IMG/VR virus record: IMGVR_UViG_3300037422_000051
Reading direction: 5' to 3' (one strand)
Length of the DNA: 64,000 nt
From: a virus
Positions 6,983-16,398 of the stretch are shown piece after piece. Under the pieces are notes generated by a model. It searched no databases. It saw nothing but the letters and a program-made list of their open reading frames with translations, and was not told where the DNA came from. Each line of letters opens with the position of its first letter. Position 1 is the first letter of the stretch. The translations under genes and the position numbers were made by a program.

Positions 6983-9333
6983 CAGTTAACGTCACTCCAT
7001 GTGCCGCGATACCCGATCGGGAACCAGTTGGTTGCGTCGAGGGCTACGAGCGTGATGATCGAGCCCACCGTTGCGTCGCTGGAGATCGCGTCTCCCGTGG
7101 CATTGGTGAGAACGAGAATCTGATCGCCAGTATTCGCGTTCACGTCCACGTCGAAGGCGGCGGCTACGCAAACAGTGACTGTCATTCCCGCCACAGCCGA
7201 CGGCAGGTCGTAGACGGCTGAACCAGACGCGCCAGTGTTGCAGATCAGTGTGGACTTGGTCTCATTAGCAGTGATGGTGTGAGGCGTACCGGATTGAGTC
7301 TTCGTTAGAACCTCGGTGTAGGCTCTGAAGTTCCCACCGCTGAAGTCCCAACTTTCACCGGCTACGTCGAGATCTGCATTCTGGATGGTTCCATCTAGCA
7401 ACATGGTTCCGGTAACGGTGCCGCTGTCGCCCGTGTCGATCAGCGTCCCGGTTCCGGCTGCCATCGTGATCGCGGCGGTCGTGTCCGGAATGGTCAGCGA
7501 GGAAACCGTTGTAGGGTCAGCGGGTAGATTTAGCGTCCACTGAGAAGCGTTGGACGTTGTGCCCTCCCACAAGAGCCCAACCGTGCCAGTGGACACAACC
7601 CCGTCTGTCCAAGCGGCCCCGGAGGCGTAACCAGCTCCCACATCGGTGATGTCACCGGAGCCGCCAGCACCGGGGCCGATGTCTACGGCCGCAGCTCCAT
7701 CACCAATCCACAAGTGATTCGCGTCTTCTTCCCAACACACCTGGCCCTCTGCCGTAGCCGAGGCGCATGAGGTTGCGTGGGACGGAAGCATGATGCCTTC
7801 CGTGGCCGAAGAGATGAACGTTCCAAAGTCGAGAAGGTCTCCGTCATCAAACACCAGAGATGTCGCAAGCATGTTCTCAACAACTTTTGCTGCACCGATT
7901 GTGGTTGCGCCTGTGCTCGCGATCGTTACATCGCCACTCATCGTCTTGTTTTGCCAGTCAGTGGTTTGGTAAATCAGGAGGTCTCCAGACTGCACACCCG
8001 AGATCGTAGTTTGAACAGCGTCTTTGCATTCCCAAGCTGTGTCGCCGGAGTTTCGCTGAATGATGTCTAGTGCGCCGCAGGTTCCAATCGAGCCAAAGTC
8101 GGAGAGGGCATTGATATAGCCGGCTGGGAGACGGGCCGCGTCGAGTTCGCCGGATGTGATGTCCTCTGCCTCGTGAGTCTGGCCTGGGTGCGCTAGAGCG
8201 GTTAGGGCTTCGTGAGCGTCCAACTCGCTCTGCGTAGCAAGATCTGGACCCGGTACGATGACCTCATCGGAAACCGCAAAGAAGTCCTCCGAAAAGCCGC
8301 GAACGTACAGGTTGCCACCAGCGGGAGGCGTTGCTCCGATGATTGAGACGAAGGTCACGCCAATCGTCGGCTCATCCGCGAGCTGCCCGGCGCCGCCGCT
8401 GCCAATCGTGATCGGAGCGCCGGTTGACGCTTCGCAGAACTCATACTTGTTGTCTGTCGAGTCCCACCACCAAGACCCAGCCGTCGAACAGGCATCCGAA
8501 TTCAACCCGATGTTGTTGGTATGACGGCCGAGTTCAGAGATTTGATAGACCGTCATGTCTGCGCCATCCGTAACTCGGAAGAGATTGCTCGGTCCATCGT
8601 TGTTTGCGTCGATCTTGACAATAAAGTCGTCATTCGCACGGAAGGTTGGAGCCTGCACGGCTTGGTTCAGAGTGAGCGTCCCGGAAGTCGTCAAGCTCCA
8701 CCCGGAAGCGCTTTGCGTGGAGGTAAATGCGTTGGACCCCCAGCCTGCAAGACACTGGTCCTCTGGATCCTTGGTGTTGTCTCCATTGACGTCCGAGTAG
8801 TAGCCGTAAGAACAAGTCGCAGAGGCAATCGGTCGCAAATCCGGCGTTGTGGTTTGCTCGAGCGCCGTTGCCGAGCTGCCACCCACGCCTGACGGGTAAT
8901 CGACGATCCAGTCGGTTCCGTTGTACGTCGCATTCTGAAGATCAGCGCAGGAGAACTCGAGCGTTCCGCCCGAGCCCAGCGTGTTCACGCGGACGAGCGG
9001 GAAGCCTCGCGTGATGCTGACCGGAGCCGCGACGACGCCACCATCTCGAAGCGTCAGGATCTCCGTGCAACTCGATCGCGTCGAGTCTGAAGCCGGGCAG
9101 TCGTAGATCGTGGTCGTTGCACCCGCTGCGTCGAGCACCGCGGTCGTAATAACATCGCGGCATCCGGTCAGATCCTGGTGCGGAGCTGCGGAGTCTCCAG
9201 CCGCCGCGAACGTGTACGTGAACGCCTGGTCGAAAAGCGCCTGGAGCTTCGGCGTTGCGGTTCCGACATCCCATTGCGCGGAAGCCGAAAGCGGCGCGAA
9301 GAGCAGCGCGAGGAGAATTGCGTAGCGTCTCAT
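6982..9333 (-). CDS. Tail-fibre-like protein with N-terminal Sec signal peptide (783 aa)
   Basis: MRRYAILLALLFAPLSASA|Q (A-X-A site); fibre-type segments ('SGDVTIASTGATTIGAAKV', 'GQVCWEEDANHLWIGDG', C-terminal 'YDLPSAVAG...ITLVALDATNW..GTW'); 14 Cys mostly in close pairs. Confidence 0.75.
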   Translation of the reverse strand: MRRYAILLALLFAPLSASAQWDVGTATPKLQALFDQAFTYTFAAAGDSAAPHQDLTGCRDVITTAVLDAAGATTTIYDCPASDSTRSSCTEILTLRDGGVVAAPVSITRGFPLVRVNTLGSGGTLEFSCADLQNATYNGTDWIVDYPSGVGGSSATALEQTTTPDLRPIASATCSYGYYSDVNGDNTKDPEDQCLAGWGSNAFTSTQSASGWSLTTSGTLTLNQAVQAPTFRANDDFIVKIDANNDGPSNLFRVTDGADMTVYQISELGRHTNNIGLNSDACSTAGSWWWDSTDNKYEFCEASTGAPITIGSGGAGQLADEPTIGVTFVSIIGATPPAGGNLYVRGFSEDFFAVSDEVIVPGPDLATQSELDAHEALTALAHPGQTHEAEDITSGELDAARLPAGYINALSDFGSIGTCGALDIIQRNSGDTAWECKDAVQTTISGVQSGDLLIYQTTDWQNKTMSGDVTIASTGATTIGAAKVVENMLATSLVFDDGDLLDFGTFISSATEGIMLPSHATSCASATAEGQVCWEEDANHLWIGDGAAAVDIGPGAGGSGDITDVGAGYASGAAWTDGVVSTGTVGLLWEGTTSNASQWTLNLPADPTTVSSLTIPDTTAAITMAAGTGTLIDTGDSGTVTGTMLLDGTIQNADLDVAGESWDFSGGNFRAYTEVLTKTQSGTPHTITANETKSTLICNTGASGSAVYDLPSAVAGMTVTVCVAAAFDVDVNANTGDQILVLTNATGDAISSDATVGSIITLVALDATNWFPIGYRGTWSDVN

Positions 9334-10343
9334 GGAATGACTCCTGTGTAGACCAAGTATCCGATCACGGTTGAAGGCGGTCTGTTTTCGTGCGCCGTTC
9401 CGCTGCCGACGCTCGCGTGCGTGTGCGCGCCATCCGAAGTCACGGGCGAATCGACTACGACGAAGCCCGCATCACCGCGCCGAAGCGTCGAATCCTGGCT
9501 CCCGACATTCGGCGACACGTTGAGGTCGTGCGTGTGCGCCCCCGCTGAGCCGTGATCGTGCGCAGCGAGCTCGGCAGTCGTAAGCGCGTGCTTCTTCTCG
9601 CCGAGGAACGTGTCACCCTGGACGCCGCCATCGGCCGCGAAGTTGTTGTAATCGCCGTCGGCATCGCCGCCCGCCCAGTTCCCGACCGGGACGCGGCCGC
9701 GCAGATCGGGAACGCGGAAGCTTCCGGCCGAAGGCGCTCCGAGCAAAGGGTGCGCGTCGTAGACGCCATCGCCGAAGCCGGTCGCGCCGTAGAGCGCAGC
9801 CAGCGCCGGGTAAGTCGCTACGGCATAGGCCGTGCCGTCGCAGACCTTCCAGCCGTTGATTGCAGCGGCAGACGCGCGCCCGCTCGTGAGCCGCAGATCG
9901 CCGACCGCCGGGAGGCTCACGAAGGCCGACAGGTCGAGCGTCTTCGCGAAGTAGATCTCGACATTCGAGAGCGTCGCGGGGACATTCGAGCCGAGAATCG
10001 TGACGACGGTATCCGATCCAGAGAAGTTCGCCGACGCAACGTGCGCCTCGGCCGTCGCTGCGCCTGACATGCGGATCCGGCGACCCACGTTGAAGTAGAC
10101 CGCGGCATTGCATCCCACGATGCGGAACGTGCTCACGTTGTCGCGCGTGATCGTCTTGGCGCCAATTGGCGTCACGTCATTGAGCACCGAGAGCCACTCG
10201 GGGTCGTCGTACCAGGTGCGAACCGTGGCCATCGTCTGCCGGCCCCAGTTATTCACGTCTTTCCCGGTCCAGTTGTCGGGCGCGCCGTTCGGGACCGCCG
10301 CGTTGTTGCTGCCAGGCGTTTTCGACCAGTCGGAGAGCGCCAT
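9330..10343 (-). CDS. Tail fibre protein with phage tail-collar domain
   Basis: 'VGDLRL...GWKVCDG.AY....YPAL...FRVPDLRGRVPVG' collar motif; His-repeat C-terminus (HDH/HTH). Confidence 0.85.
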   Translation of the reverse strand: MALSDWSKTPGSNNAAVPNGAPDNWTGKDVNNWGRQTMATVRTWYDDPEWLSVLNDVTPIGAKTITRDNVSTFRIVGCNAAVYFNVGRRIRMSGAATAEAHVASANFSGSDTVVTILGSNVPATLSNVEIYFAKTLDLSAFVSLPAVGDLRLTSGRASAAAINGWKVCDGTAYAVATYPALAALYGATGFGDGVYDAHPLLGAPSAGSFRVPDLRGRVPVGNWAGGDADGDYNNFAADGGVQGDTFLGEKKHALTTAELAAHDHGSAGAHTHDLNVSPNVGSQDSTLRRGDAGFVVVDSPVTSDGAHTHASVGSGTAHENRPPSTVIGYLVYTGVIP

Positions 10344-10345
10344 GA

Positions 10346-12136
10346 TTACCTCGCCACCGCCTGCGGCTCTTCGCGACCGCTTTCTTGAATCTCGATCAGC
10401 CCGCGCCGCGCAAGCGCCTGCCCGAGTCGCCGCGCGAGCACCGAAGCGTTGGTCGAGGCGCCAGCAGCGACCACCTGCCGGTAGATATCGGGGTCAGTGA
10501 GCGCGGTGAGCGCGAGGTTCGCGACGGCCTCGGCGCCGTACATCTGCCGGAACGTGCGGAAGAGGCCCACCGCTGCGGCACTCGCGCCCGCGAGTGCAGT
10601 CGCCTCCGACCCCAGCGCGCCGCCGCCGGCACCCGTCGCGAGGCCCGCAACGGTCGTCAGGAAGTTGGCCATGCCGGGCCGCCCGGAAGGCATCCGCGCG
10701 GAGAAGGGGGTATCGCTGCGCCCCGAGCGGGCGGCTACGCGCAGCAGTCGCTTGAGCTGCGCGTAGCCGCGCTTGCCGAGGATCTCGGTCAGCGCCACGG
10801 CCTCATCCGAAGCCTTGGAGAGTGCCGCGCCGCCCGTCTGGGGGCTCGAGGCGACATCTTCGGCCGCCTGCCCAGTCTTCCGTCCGAGGACATGCGTAAT
10901 CGCCACTCTCCGCAAGGCCATCTGCTCGGCGGGATTGGTTGCTAGCCGCTTGATTCTCCGCACCTCTTCAAGCGCACGGTCACCCGAGAGGATTCTGTCG
11001 AACGCCTTCTGAGCGTTGTCGATACCGCCGAGGCGAATCAATTCACGATAGACACGCGATTCATATGGAACCGCGTCTAGCATCACCGCACGCGCAGCCT
11101 TCATATTCTTCATCGCGGTCACACCAGCGGCGCCGCCGCGCGCGGAGATGTCATTGAGAATCTCTTCGAGCGGTTCATATAAACCTGCGACCTTTGTGAA
11201 ATGTCCCTTGTTTTCGGGGAACGCCACTCCAACACCGTATTGCCTGCCAACGGAACTCCGAATGTTCTCGGCACGCTGAATGCTAAAAAGTTCAGAAGGA
11301 TCGATATCCACCCCGCGCCGGATTGCGCCAGGGATGTCGCTGAAGTTTTCACCCTCCAACTCTTTATAAAGCTGTTGAGCACGCTCGACGTAGGGCCGCG
11401 CGGGAGCCGCGATGTCGAGGTTCTGCTGCTCGGCCACGCGCCGCGCGGCCTGGTAGGTGTCATCGAGGCTCTCGTATCCGCCACGCACACCAGCCGCGAG
11501 ATCCTCGGCCGGCGTCGCGATCGGCAAGTCAGGCGTCCCGACCGCCGCCGGAGACGGAAGCTCGCTGATTCGCGATGCCGCCGCGCGCGTCGCCGGATCT
11601 GCGGCCTCGGCCGCCCAGCCGCGCCCGAGGAATCGCGAGACGCGGCCTCCGCGCGCGAGCGCGCCTGCACCGGCCTGCTGCGCGCCCATCAGGCCCATGC
11701 GCCGCACGAGTCCCGCCGCGGGTCGCCGCGTCAGCATCGAGACGCCGATATCCGCCGCGAGGCCGCCGCCGAACTGCGCGAGGCCACCGCCGCCGCCTTC
11801 CTCGATCGCGCGCGAGGCGTACTCGCCAGCGAGGCCACCTGCAGCCCCCGTGATCGCGCCCACCGGACCTCCCATAATGAGCCCCGGCACCGCGCCGTAG
11901 ACGGCTGCCTTGCCATAGGCTTCGCCAGCCGGGACGCGCCGCGGGAGTCCAGGACGCCCCACGCTGGGATCGATGCGGAGTCCCGGAAATGGCGACCGGC
12001 CGCGCGGACGATTCGGGTCCGGCGCCGAGGGCGCGGCGGGCCCGCCCATCGCTTCGAGCGCGCGCAGCGCGGCAGCCTCGTCCGGTGCCGTCACCTTGTA
12101 GGTTCCGGTCTGCGTCGAGATGCGGAAGGTCGGCAT
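10346..12136 (-). CDS. Putative DNA ejection/internal virion protein (596 aa)
   Basis: Large Ala/Gly-rich helical protein, third of three in the usual podovirus ejection-gene position. Confidence 0.6.
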   Translation of the reverse strand: MPTFRISTQTGTYKVTAPDEAAALRALEAMGGPAAPSAPDPNRPRGRSPFPGLRIDPSVGRPGLPRRVPAGEAYGKAAVYGAVPGLIMGGPVGAITGAAGGLAGEYASRAIEEGGGGGLAQFGGGLAADIGVSMLTRRPAAGLVRRMGLMGAQQAGAGALARGGRVSRFLGRGWAAEAADPATRAAASRISELPSPAAVGTPDLPIATPAEDLAAGVRGGYESLDDTYQAARRVAEQQNLDIAAPARPYVERAQQLYKELEGENFSDIPGAIRRGVDIDPSELFSIQRAENIRSSVGRQYGVGVAFPENKGHFTKVAGLYEPLEEILNDISARGGAAGVTAMKNMKAARAVMLDAVPYESRVYRELIRLGGIDNAQKAFDRILSGDRALEEVRRIKRLATNPAEQMALRRVAITHVLGRKTGQAAEDVASSPQTGGAALSKASDEAVALTEILGKRGYAQLKRLLRVAARSGRSDTPFSARMPSGRPGMANFLTTVAGLATGAGGGALGSEATALAGASAAAVGLFRTFRQMYGAEAVANLALTALTDPDIYRQVVAAGASTNASVLARRLGQALARRGLIEIQESGREEPQAVAR

Positions 12137-12139
12137 GGG

Positions 12140-13195
12140 CTAGTCCGAGATCCTTTCGATCGTGACGCCTGGCGGGAGCGGAGTCGGGCCTGTTGGATTC
12201 GCTGCCGCCGCGCCGCGAGACGCACCGCTGACCATAGAAAGCGGCGTTCGGCCGAGATAGGTCTCTGCCGGGTAGTCCGGCCCCGGTAGCAATCCAGCAT
12301 ACCGATCGTAATGCGGCTGCTGCGCTTCCGCGGCAGCCTGCATGAGAATTTCAACCTGCGACATCACGTCCGCCATGAATTTCGGAAGCGGGCTACCCGT
12401 TGCAGCTTGCTGCATCATGCCTTCAATGCGCTGGATCAGGCTCTGCCCCATGTCGGACCGCGCCAAGTCAGTCTCGCGGATCGTGCCGGTCGGATCTAGC
12501 GTCTTCGCAAGCGCGGAGATCATCGTATTCTTGGCCTGCGGGTTATTCGTCTTCGACCAATCGTCGAACGCCGCACGCGCACGCTTCCACTGCAGCGCTG
12601 TCTCCGTAAACGGCTTTGCCTGAGTCTCGTACTGGTGCGCGAGCGAGAGCGCGTCCTTCGGCCCCAGCGGCTCCGGCGCGTTCTCGCGTTCGATCGGACT
12701 CTCGCCAACCACAGACCAGGACTTCGCCTCCGGGCTCCACTCCTCGCTCACTTCAACGCCGTCGCGCTTCACCCGACGGGTTGTCGGGGCCGCTGCCGGC
12801 TCTTGCTCCGGGTACATGTTCGCGAACGTGCTCGACATCTTGTCAGCCCACTCGAAAGCGCCATTCTGCATCAGGAACGAAAGCGCACCCTCGCGCTGTC
12901 GAGGGTCGCTGATATCGGGGAAGTTCTGCTCCAAGTGCGAGATGATCGCCTGCTGCCGCGCCTGCTGCTCCGCATAGGCCGCTTGCTGCATCTGCGCCAT
13001 CTGGTTTCGCACCGCAGCGTCCTTCATCTCCTGAAGCGCCGTCGGACCCGCCCACGGATTTTGCGTCACGCCGGATACACCCGCCGAGTACGCGGTCTCC
13101 GCGAGCAGCTGGCCCACGTTGCCGATGACGCCAGCCACGCCCGGAGAAGCGCCGAGCCCGCCGACGATCTTCTTAACGAGGCCGCCAAACGCCAC
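12140..13195 (-). CDS. Putative DNA ejection/internal virion protein (351 aa)
   Basis: Gly-rich N-terminus, Gln/Ala helical body; synteny. Confidence 0.6.
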   Translation of the reverse strand: MAFGGLVKKIVGGLGASPGVAGVIGNVGQLLAETAYSAGVSGVTQNPWAGPTALQEMKDAAVRNQMAQMQQAAYAEQQARQQAIISHLEQNFPDISDPRQREGALSFLMQNGAFEWADKMSSTFANMYPEQEPAAAPTTRRVKRDGVEVSEEWSPEAKSWSVVGESPIERENAPEPLGPKDALSLAHQYETQAKPFTETALQWKRARAAFDDWSKTNNPQAKNTMISALAKTLDPTGTIRETDLARSDMGQSLIQRIEGMMQQAATGSPLPKFMADVMSQVEILMQAAAEAQQPHYDRYAGLLPGPDYPAETYLGRTPLSMVSGASRGAAAANPTGPTPLPPGVTIERISD

Positions 13196-13196
13196 G

Positions 13197-13958
13197 CTAC
13201 TCGCCTCCGCTTGGCATCATGCTCTGCATCGGATTCATCAGACCGCCAATCCCGCCAAGCAGCGCAGTCCCCCACTTGAAAGGCTGCGTCGTGGTGCTCG
13301 CCGAAGACGACTGCGCCATCAGCGGGTTGCCGGTCAGGAACGACTGGAACTGCTCGAGCTTCGCGTAGGGCCACTGGAACTGGCGCAGCGCCTCGGCCTG
13401 CTGATTCGCGGTGTCCTGCTCGTACTGGAGCCCCACCTGCCCCGCGATGCGCGGGTCGGCATACTGAAGCTCCTGCATTCCACCCGTGAGCCCGAGCGCC
13501 GCGAGCATGTTCTGACGCTCTTGCATGTAGTTCGCGCCATAGATGCGCGAAGCCGTTGCCTGCGAAGCATCCGCTACGGCATTTGCCATCGCACCCGAGC
13601 CGAAGCGGCCCGCCGAGGCGTAGCCGGAAACCGGAGCGCCCGCAGCGGCGCCCACCGAGCGGCGAACGATCTCAGCGAGGAACGGGTTAGAATCCGGGTT
13701 GAGGTAGGCACCCGAGATCGTCTTCTGCCACTCGGGGATCGCGGAACCCGCCACACCGCCGCGTTGTGCGATTTGGAGCATCTGCTGGAGCGCGTTTCCA
13801 CGCTCGGGCGAGATGCCGACATACTGAGAGGGCAGCGGCGTCTGATCGTTGTAGAGGTTGCGTGCCTCGCCGAGCGCGAACCTGCCTTGCCCGCGAAGCT
13901 CGCGGTCGATGAACGTGTTGGTCGTCTGCTTCTGCGACGAGCTGAATGCGTCACCCAT
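13197..13958 (-). CDS. Putative DNA ejection (pilot-like) protein (253 aa)
   Basis: 'SSSQKQTT', 'YLNPDSNPFL', 'GRFGSG', Gln-rich helix, C-terminal 'ALLGGIGG' resemble podovirus DNA-transfer proteins. Confidence 0.7.
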   Translation of the reverse strand: MGDAFSSSQKQTTNTFIDRELRGQGRFALGEARNLYNDQTPLPSQYVGISPERGNALQQMLQIAQRGGVAGSAIPEWQKTISGAYLNPDSNPFLAEIVRRSVGAAAGAPVSGYASAGRFGSGAMANAVADASQATASRIYGANYMQERQNMLAALGLTGGMQELQYADPRIAGQVGLQYEQDTANQQAEALRQFQWPYAKLEQFQSFLTGNPLMAQSSSASTTTQPFKWGTALLGGIGGLMNPMQSMMPSGGE

Positions 13959-14427
13959 CGGGCTGCTCCGTCTTCAAGTCGATCGCATAGAGCGTCGCGA
14001 TCTCACGCGCGCCAGCGAGAAAACGCCCCCAGCCGCGCCGGCCGACGACCTCCACCTGGTCGTACCCGAGATCGCGTGCGATGTGCAGGATTCCGGGCCA
14101 CACCACGGGCGCCCACTCGAAAAGATCGGTGCCGCCGCAGATCCCGATGCTGAAAACCTTTTTTCGCGCGTAGTTCTTTCCCTCGCAGAGCATCACCGCA
14201 TGGACGCGCTTCTCATCCGGCTTCCAGGCGAGCAGCACGAGCGCGCCGCCTTCTGCGACGAGCCGCTTCACGTCTTCGAGCTCGAGCCGCTCCTGTGAGT
14301 ATTCCAAGGCCAGCGCGACAAACGGCTCGAGGAAGCTCCAGCACTCGGTCGCGTACTCGGCCGTGAGCGGCGTGAGCTTCACGCCGGATTGGCGAACCGC
14401 GAGGGCCTGATCGAGTGCAGCCGTCAC
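13951..14427 (-). CDS. GNAT-fold-like virion-assembly protein
   Basis: 'GICGGTDLFEW...ARDLGYDQVEVVGRRGWGR' pattern; lies between tail and ejection genes. Confidence 0.65.
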   Translation of the reverse strand: MTAALDQALAVRQSGVKLTPLTAEYATECWSFLEPFVALALEYSQERLELEDVKRLVAEGGALVLLAWKPDEKRVHAVMLCEGKNYARKKVFSIGICGGTDLFEWAPVVWPGILHIARDLGYDQVEVVGRRGWGRFLAGAREIATLYAIDLKTEQPDG

Positions 14428-14876
14428 GCGGCAATCCTCCAGCGATCGTCCTCGGGATCCTTCCAGAGCTGAATCGCTGCAAACTGCGTCACGGTCATAT
14501 CACCGCCAAGCTTGAAGCGGTTGGACGCATCCGAAGATCCGCTTTCGTTCTTGAGCGTAAGCGTATTCGCCGCAGCCGACGCGTTGATGAGGCACACGCG
14601 CTGCCCATCGACGCCGACCATCCCGGTCAGGTCGCGCGCAGCGTCGAGCACCAGGCGGACGACGGACACCGCGCCGAGCGCGAGGTTATTCGTGTTCGCG
14701 TTGATGTTGAACGTCGCGTGGTCGTAGGTCGCCATCCCAATCGGCGCGCTGCCATCGGCCGGAACCGATGCCTCGGCTACGGCCTTCGCGTAGTCCGAAA
14801 GCTGGCGTCTGTGCTCTCGCTCGTTCTCGTTGAACGCGGGCGGTGCCAAGATGCTGATCGCGTTGCGGACGCTCAT
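14424..14876 (-). CDS. Virion structural protein (tail accessory, 150 aa)
   Basis: Overlapping start/stop with neighbours; beta-rich C-terminal domain. Confidence 0.6.
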   Translation of the reverse strand: MSVRNAISILAPPAFNENEREHRRQLSDYAKAVAEASVPADGSAPIGMATYDHATFNINANTNNLALGAVSVVRLVLDAARDLTGMVGVDGQRVCLINASAAANTLTLKNESGSSDASNRFKLGGDMTVTQFAAIQLWKDPEDDRWRIAA

Positions 14877-16396
14877 CGCTTGCCCATCGGAACAGCTGCG
14901 ACGTCGAAGCCATTCAGGTTGTCGATCACGCCAGAGGTGAAGAGAATTGCCTGGTGGTAGCGCCCGCCCACGCGCATTGGAATCACACCCGACGCGTTGA
15001 TTGGTCGTAGCGCCGTGTAGGATGGTGCATCCGTCGGCCGGTAGCGCCCACCGACGCTCGCGCGGATACTTCCCGTTCCGTTGAAAACGGGGCGGATGTA
15101 CCGGACATTCGAGCGCCGGCCTGGGATGGCCTCGTAGTCCTGCGTCTGGATAGCACCTGCAAGGTGCGTCGTCGCGAAGAACGTATGCGCGCAGTGATTG
15201 GTCAGGAACACCGAGAGCTCGGTTTGCGACGAGAACCCACCGCCAATCGTATCTAGATTCACGTCGCCGAGATTCGGAGGCGTCGCGCTATCCAGATTCA
15301 GATCGCCGTAGGTGGCTGGATCGTCGAGGCTCCCGATCGAAAGCGAAGGCGGCGCGCTGAAAACCCACTCGATCGACTTCGTGATCTGCCACCAGCGTTG
15401 AAGCTCGTAGTTGTAACAGACGAGCGAATTCGCACCGCCTCCAAGCGGAAGCGACCAGACGATCGACCGCCAGAGCGGCGCGTGCGCGACCGAGCAGCGC
15501 GACCGCGCGCGGCTCCAGTCAATCAGCGAGCGGATCGTGCGATCGACCTTCTCATGCCCGGTCGGACCCGACTGCGAACCCGCAAACACGCGGAACCCAT
15601 CCTCGGAGAGGTAGTGGATGAAGCTCCCGACTGCGATCGCGGTTCCAGGGACGAGCGCTCCAACCTCATTCTCAACCTTGCGAAACGCGAAGATGTAGGG
15701 CTTGCCGATGTAGTCCGCGCGATGCAGCTGCCGCTCGCGGAAAATCGCCGTGTACTCGGCTGCCGGGACGATTTGCACGATCGGCCCGCCATCGCCTTGC
15801 AGTACTTGGAAGTCGGACTCCACGTCGAGCGCGTCCTGCGTCCCGACCGTTGGCCAGCTCGCGAGGTTCCCGATTGCCGACCAGTGGAGCCCCGCCTCCT
15901 GCGTCCCGATCGCCGAGGCGTTGTCGCCCATGCCCACGATGTCGCCGAGCATCAGGAACTCGCCGAGCACAGCCATCGCTCGTGCGCGCGAGGCGTGAGC
16001 GCTCAGATCCGCGAGGTCCACGCCGGGCGCCGAGGACACCTGCACGGGCTCGGCCTTGCAGGTTGCAAAGCGCTGCTCGCCGTAGAAGTCAAACTCCCAC
16101 CGATCGTCCGGGCCGAGGTTGTAGTCGCCCGCCTGCGAGATATCGACGAGCGCGCCACCCTGGCCTTCGTAGACCTTCGTCGCGGTGCCCGCGAGCAGGA
16201 TGTCGATCCCCGCTTGCGTGCGGCCGCGCACCGCACCGCGGCACTCGGACGTGAGCGCCGGCAAGTCGTCCGGCGTCACGTCGGGTACCGACTGGCAGCC
16301 ATCCGCCGTGGGGCAGAGGTTCACAAATTGCTGGAGTCCGGGCCCGCCGAAGCGCGCGCGATCCGGCAGCCACTCGCTGATGGGTACTTGCGGCAT
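14873..16396 (-). CDS. Tail nozzle / DNA-stabilisation protein (tail tubular protein B-like, 507 aa)
   Basis: Position after adaptor; 'EWLPD', 'HWSAIGN...W', 'GGPIVQI...IFRER' beta-propeller-like motifs. Confidence 0.75.
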   Translation of the reverse strand: MPQVPISEWLPDRARFGGPGLQQFVNLCPTADGCQSVPDVTPDDLPALTSECRGAVRGRTQAGIDILLAGTATKVYEGQGGALVDISQAGDYNLGPDDRWEFDFYGEQRFATCKAEPVQVSSAPGVDLADLSAHASRARAMAVLGEFLMLGDIVGMGDNASAIGTQEAGLHWSAIGNLASWPTVGTQDALDVESDFQVLQGDGGPIVQIVPAAEYTAIFRERQLHRADYIGKPYIFAFRKVENEVGALVPGTAIAVGSFIHYLSEDGFRVFAGSQSGPTGHEKVDRTIRSLIDWSRARSRCSVAHAPLWRSIVWSLPLGGGANSLVCYNYELQRWWQITKSIEWVFSAPPSLSIGSLDDPATYGDLNLDSATPPNLGDVNLDTIGGGFSSQTELSVFLTNHCAHTFFATTHLAGAIQTQDYEAIPGRRSNVRYIRPVFNGTGSIRASVGGRYRPTDAPSYTALRPINASGVIPMRVGGRYHQAILFTSGVIDNLNGFDVAAVPMGKR

Positions 16397-16398
16397 CG

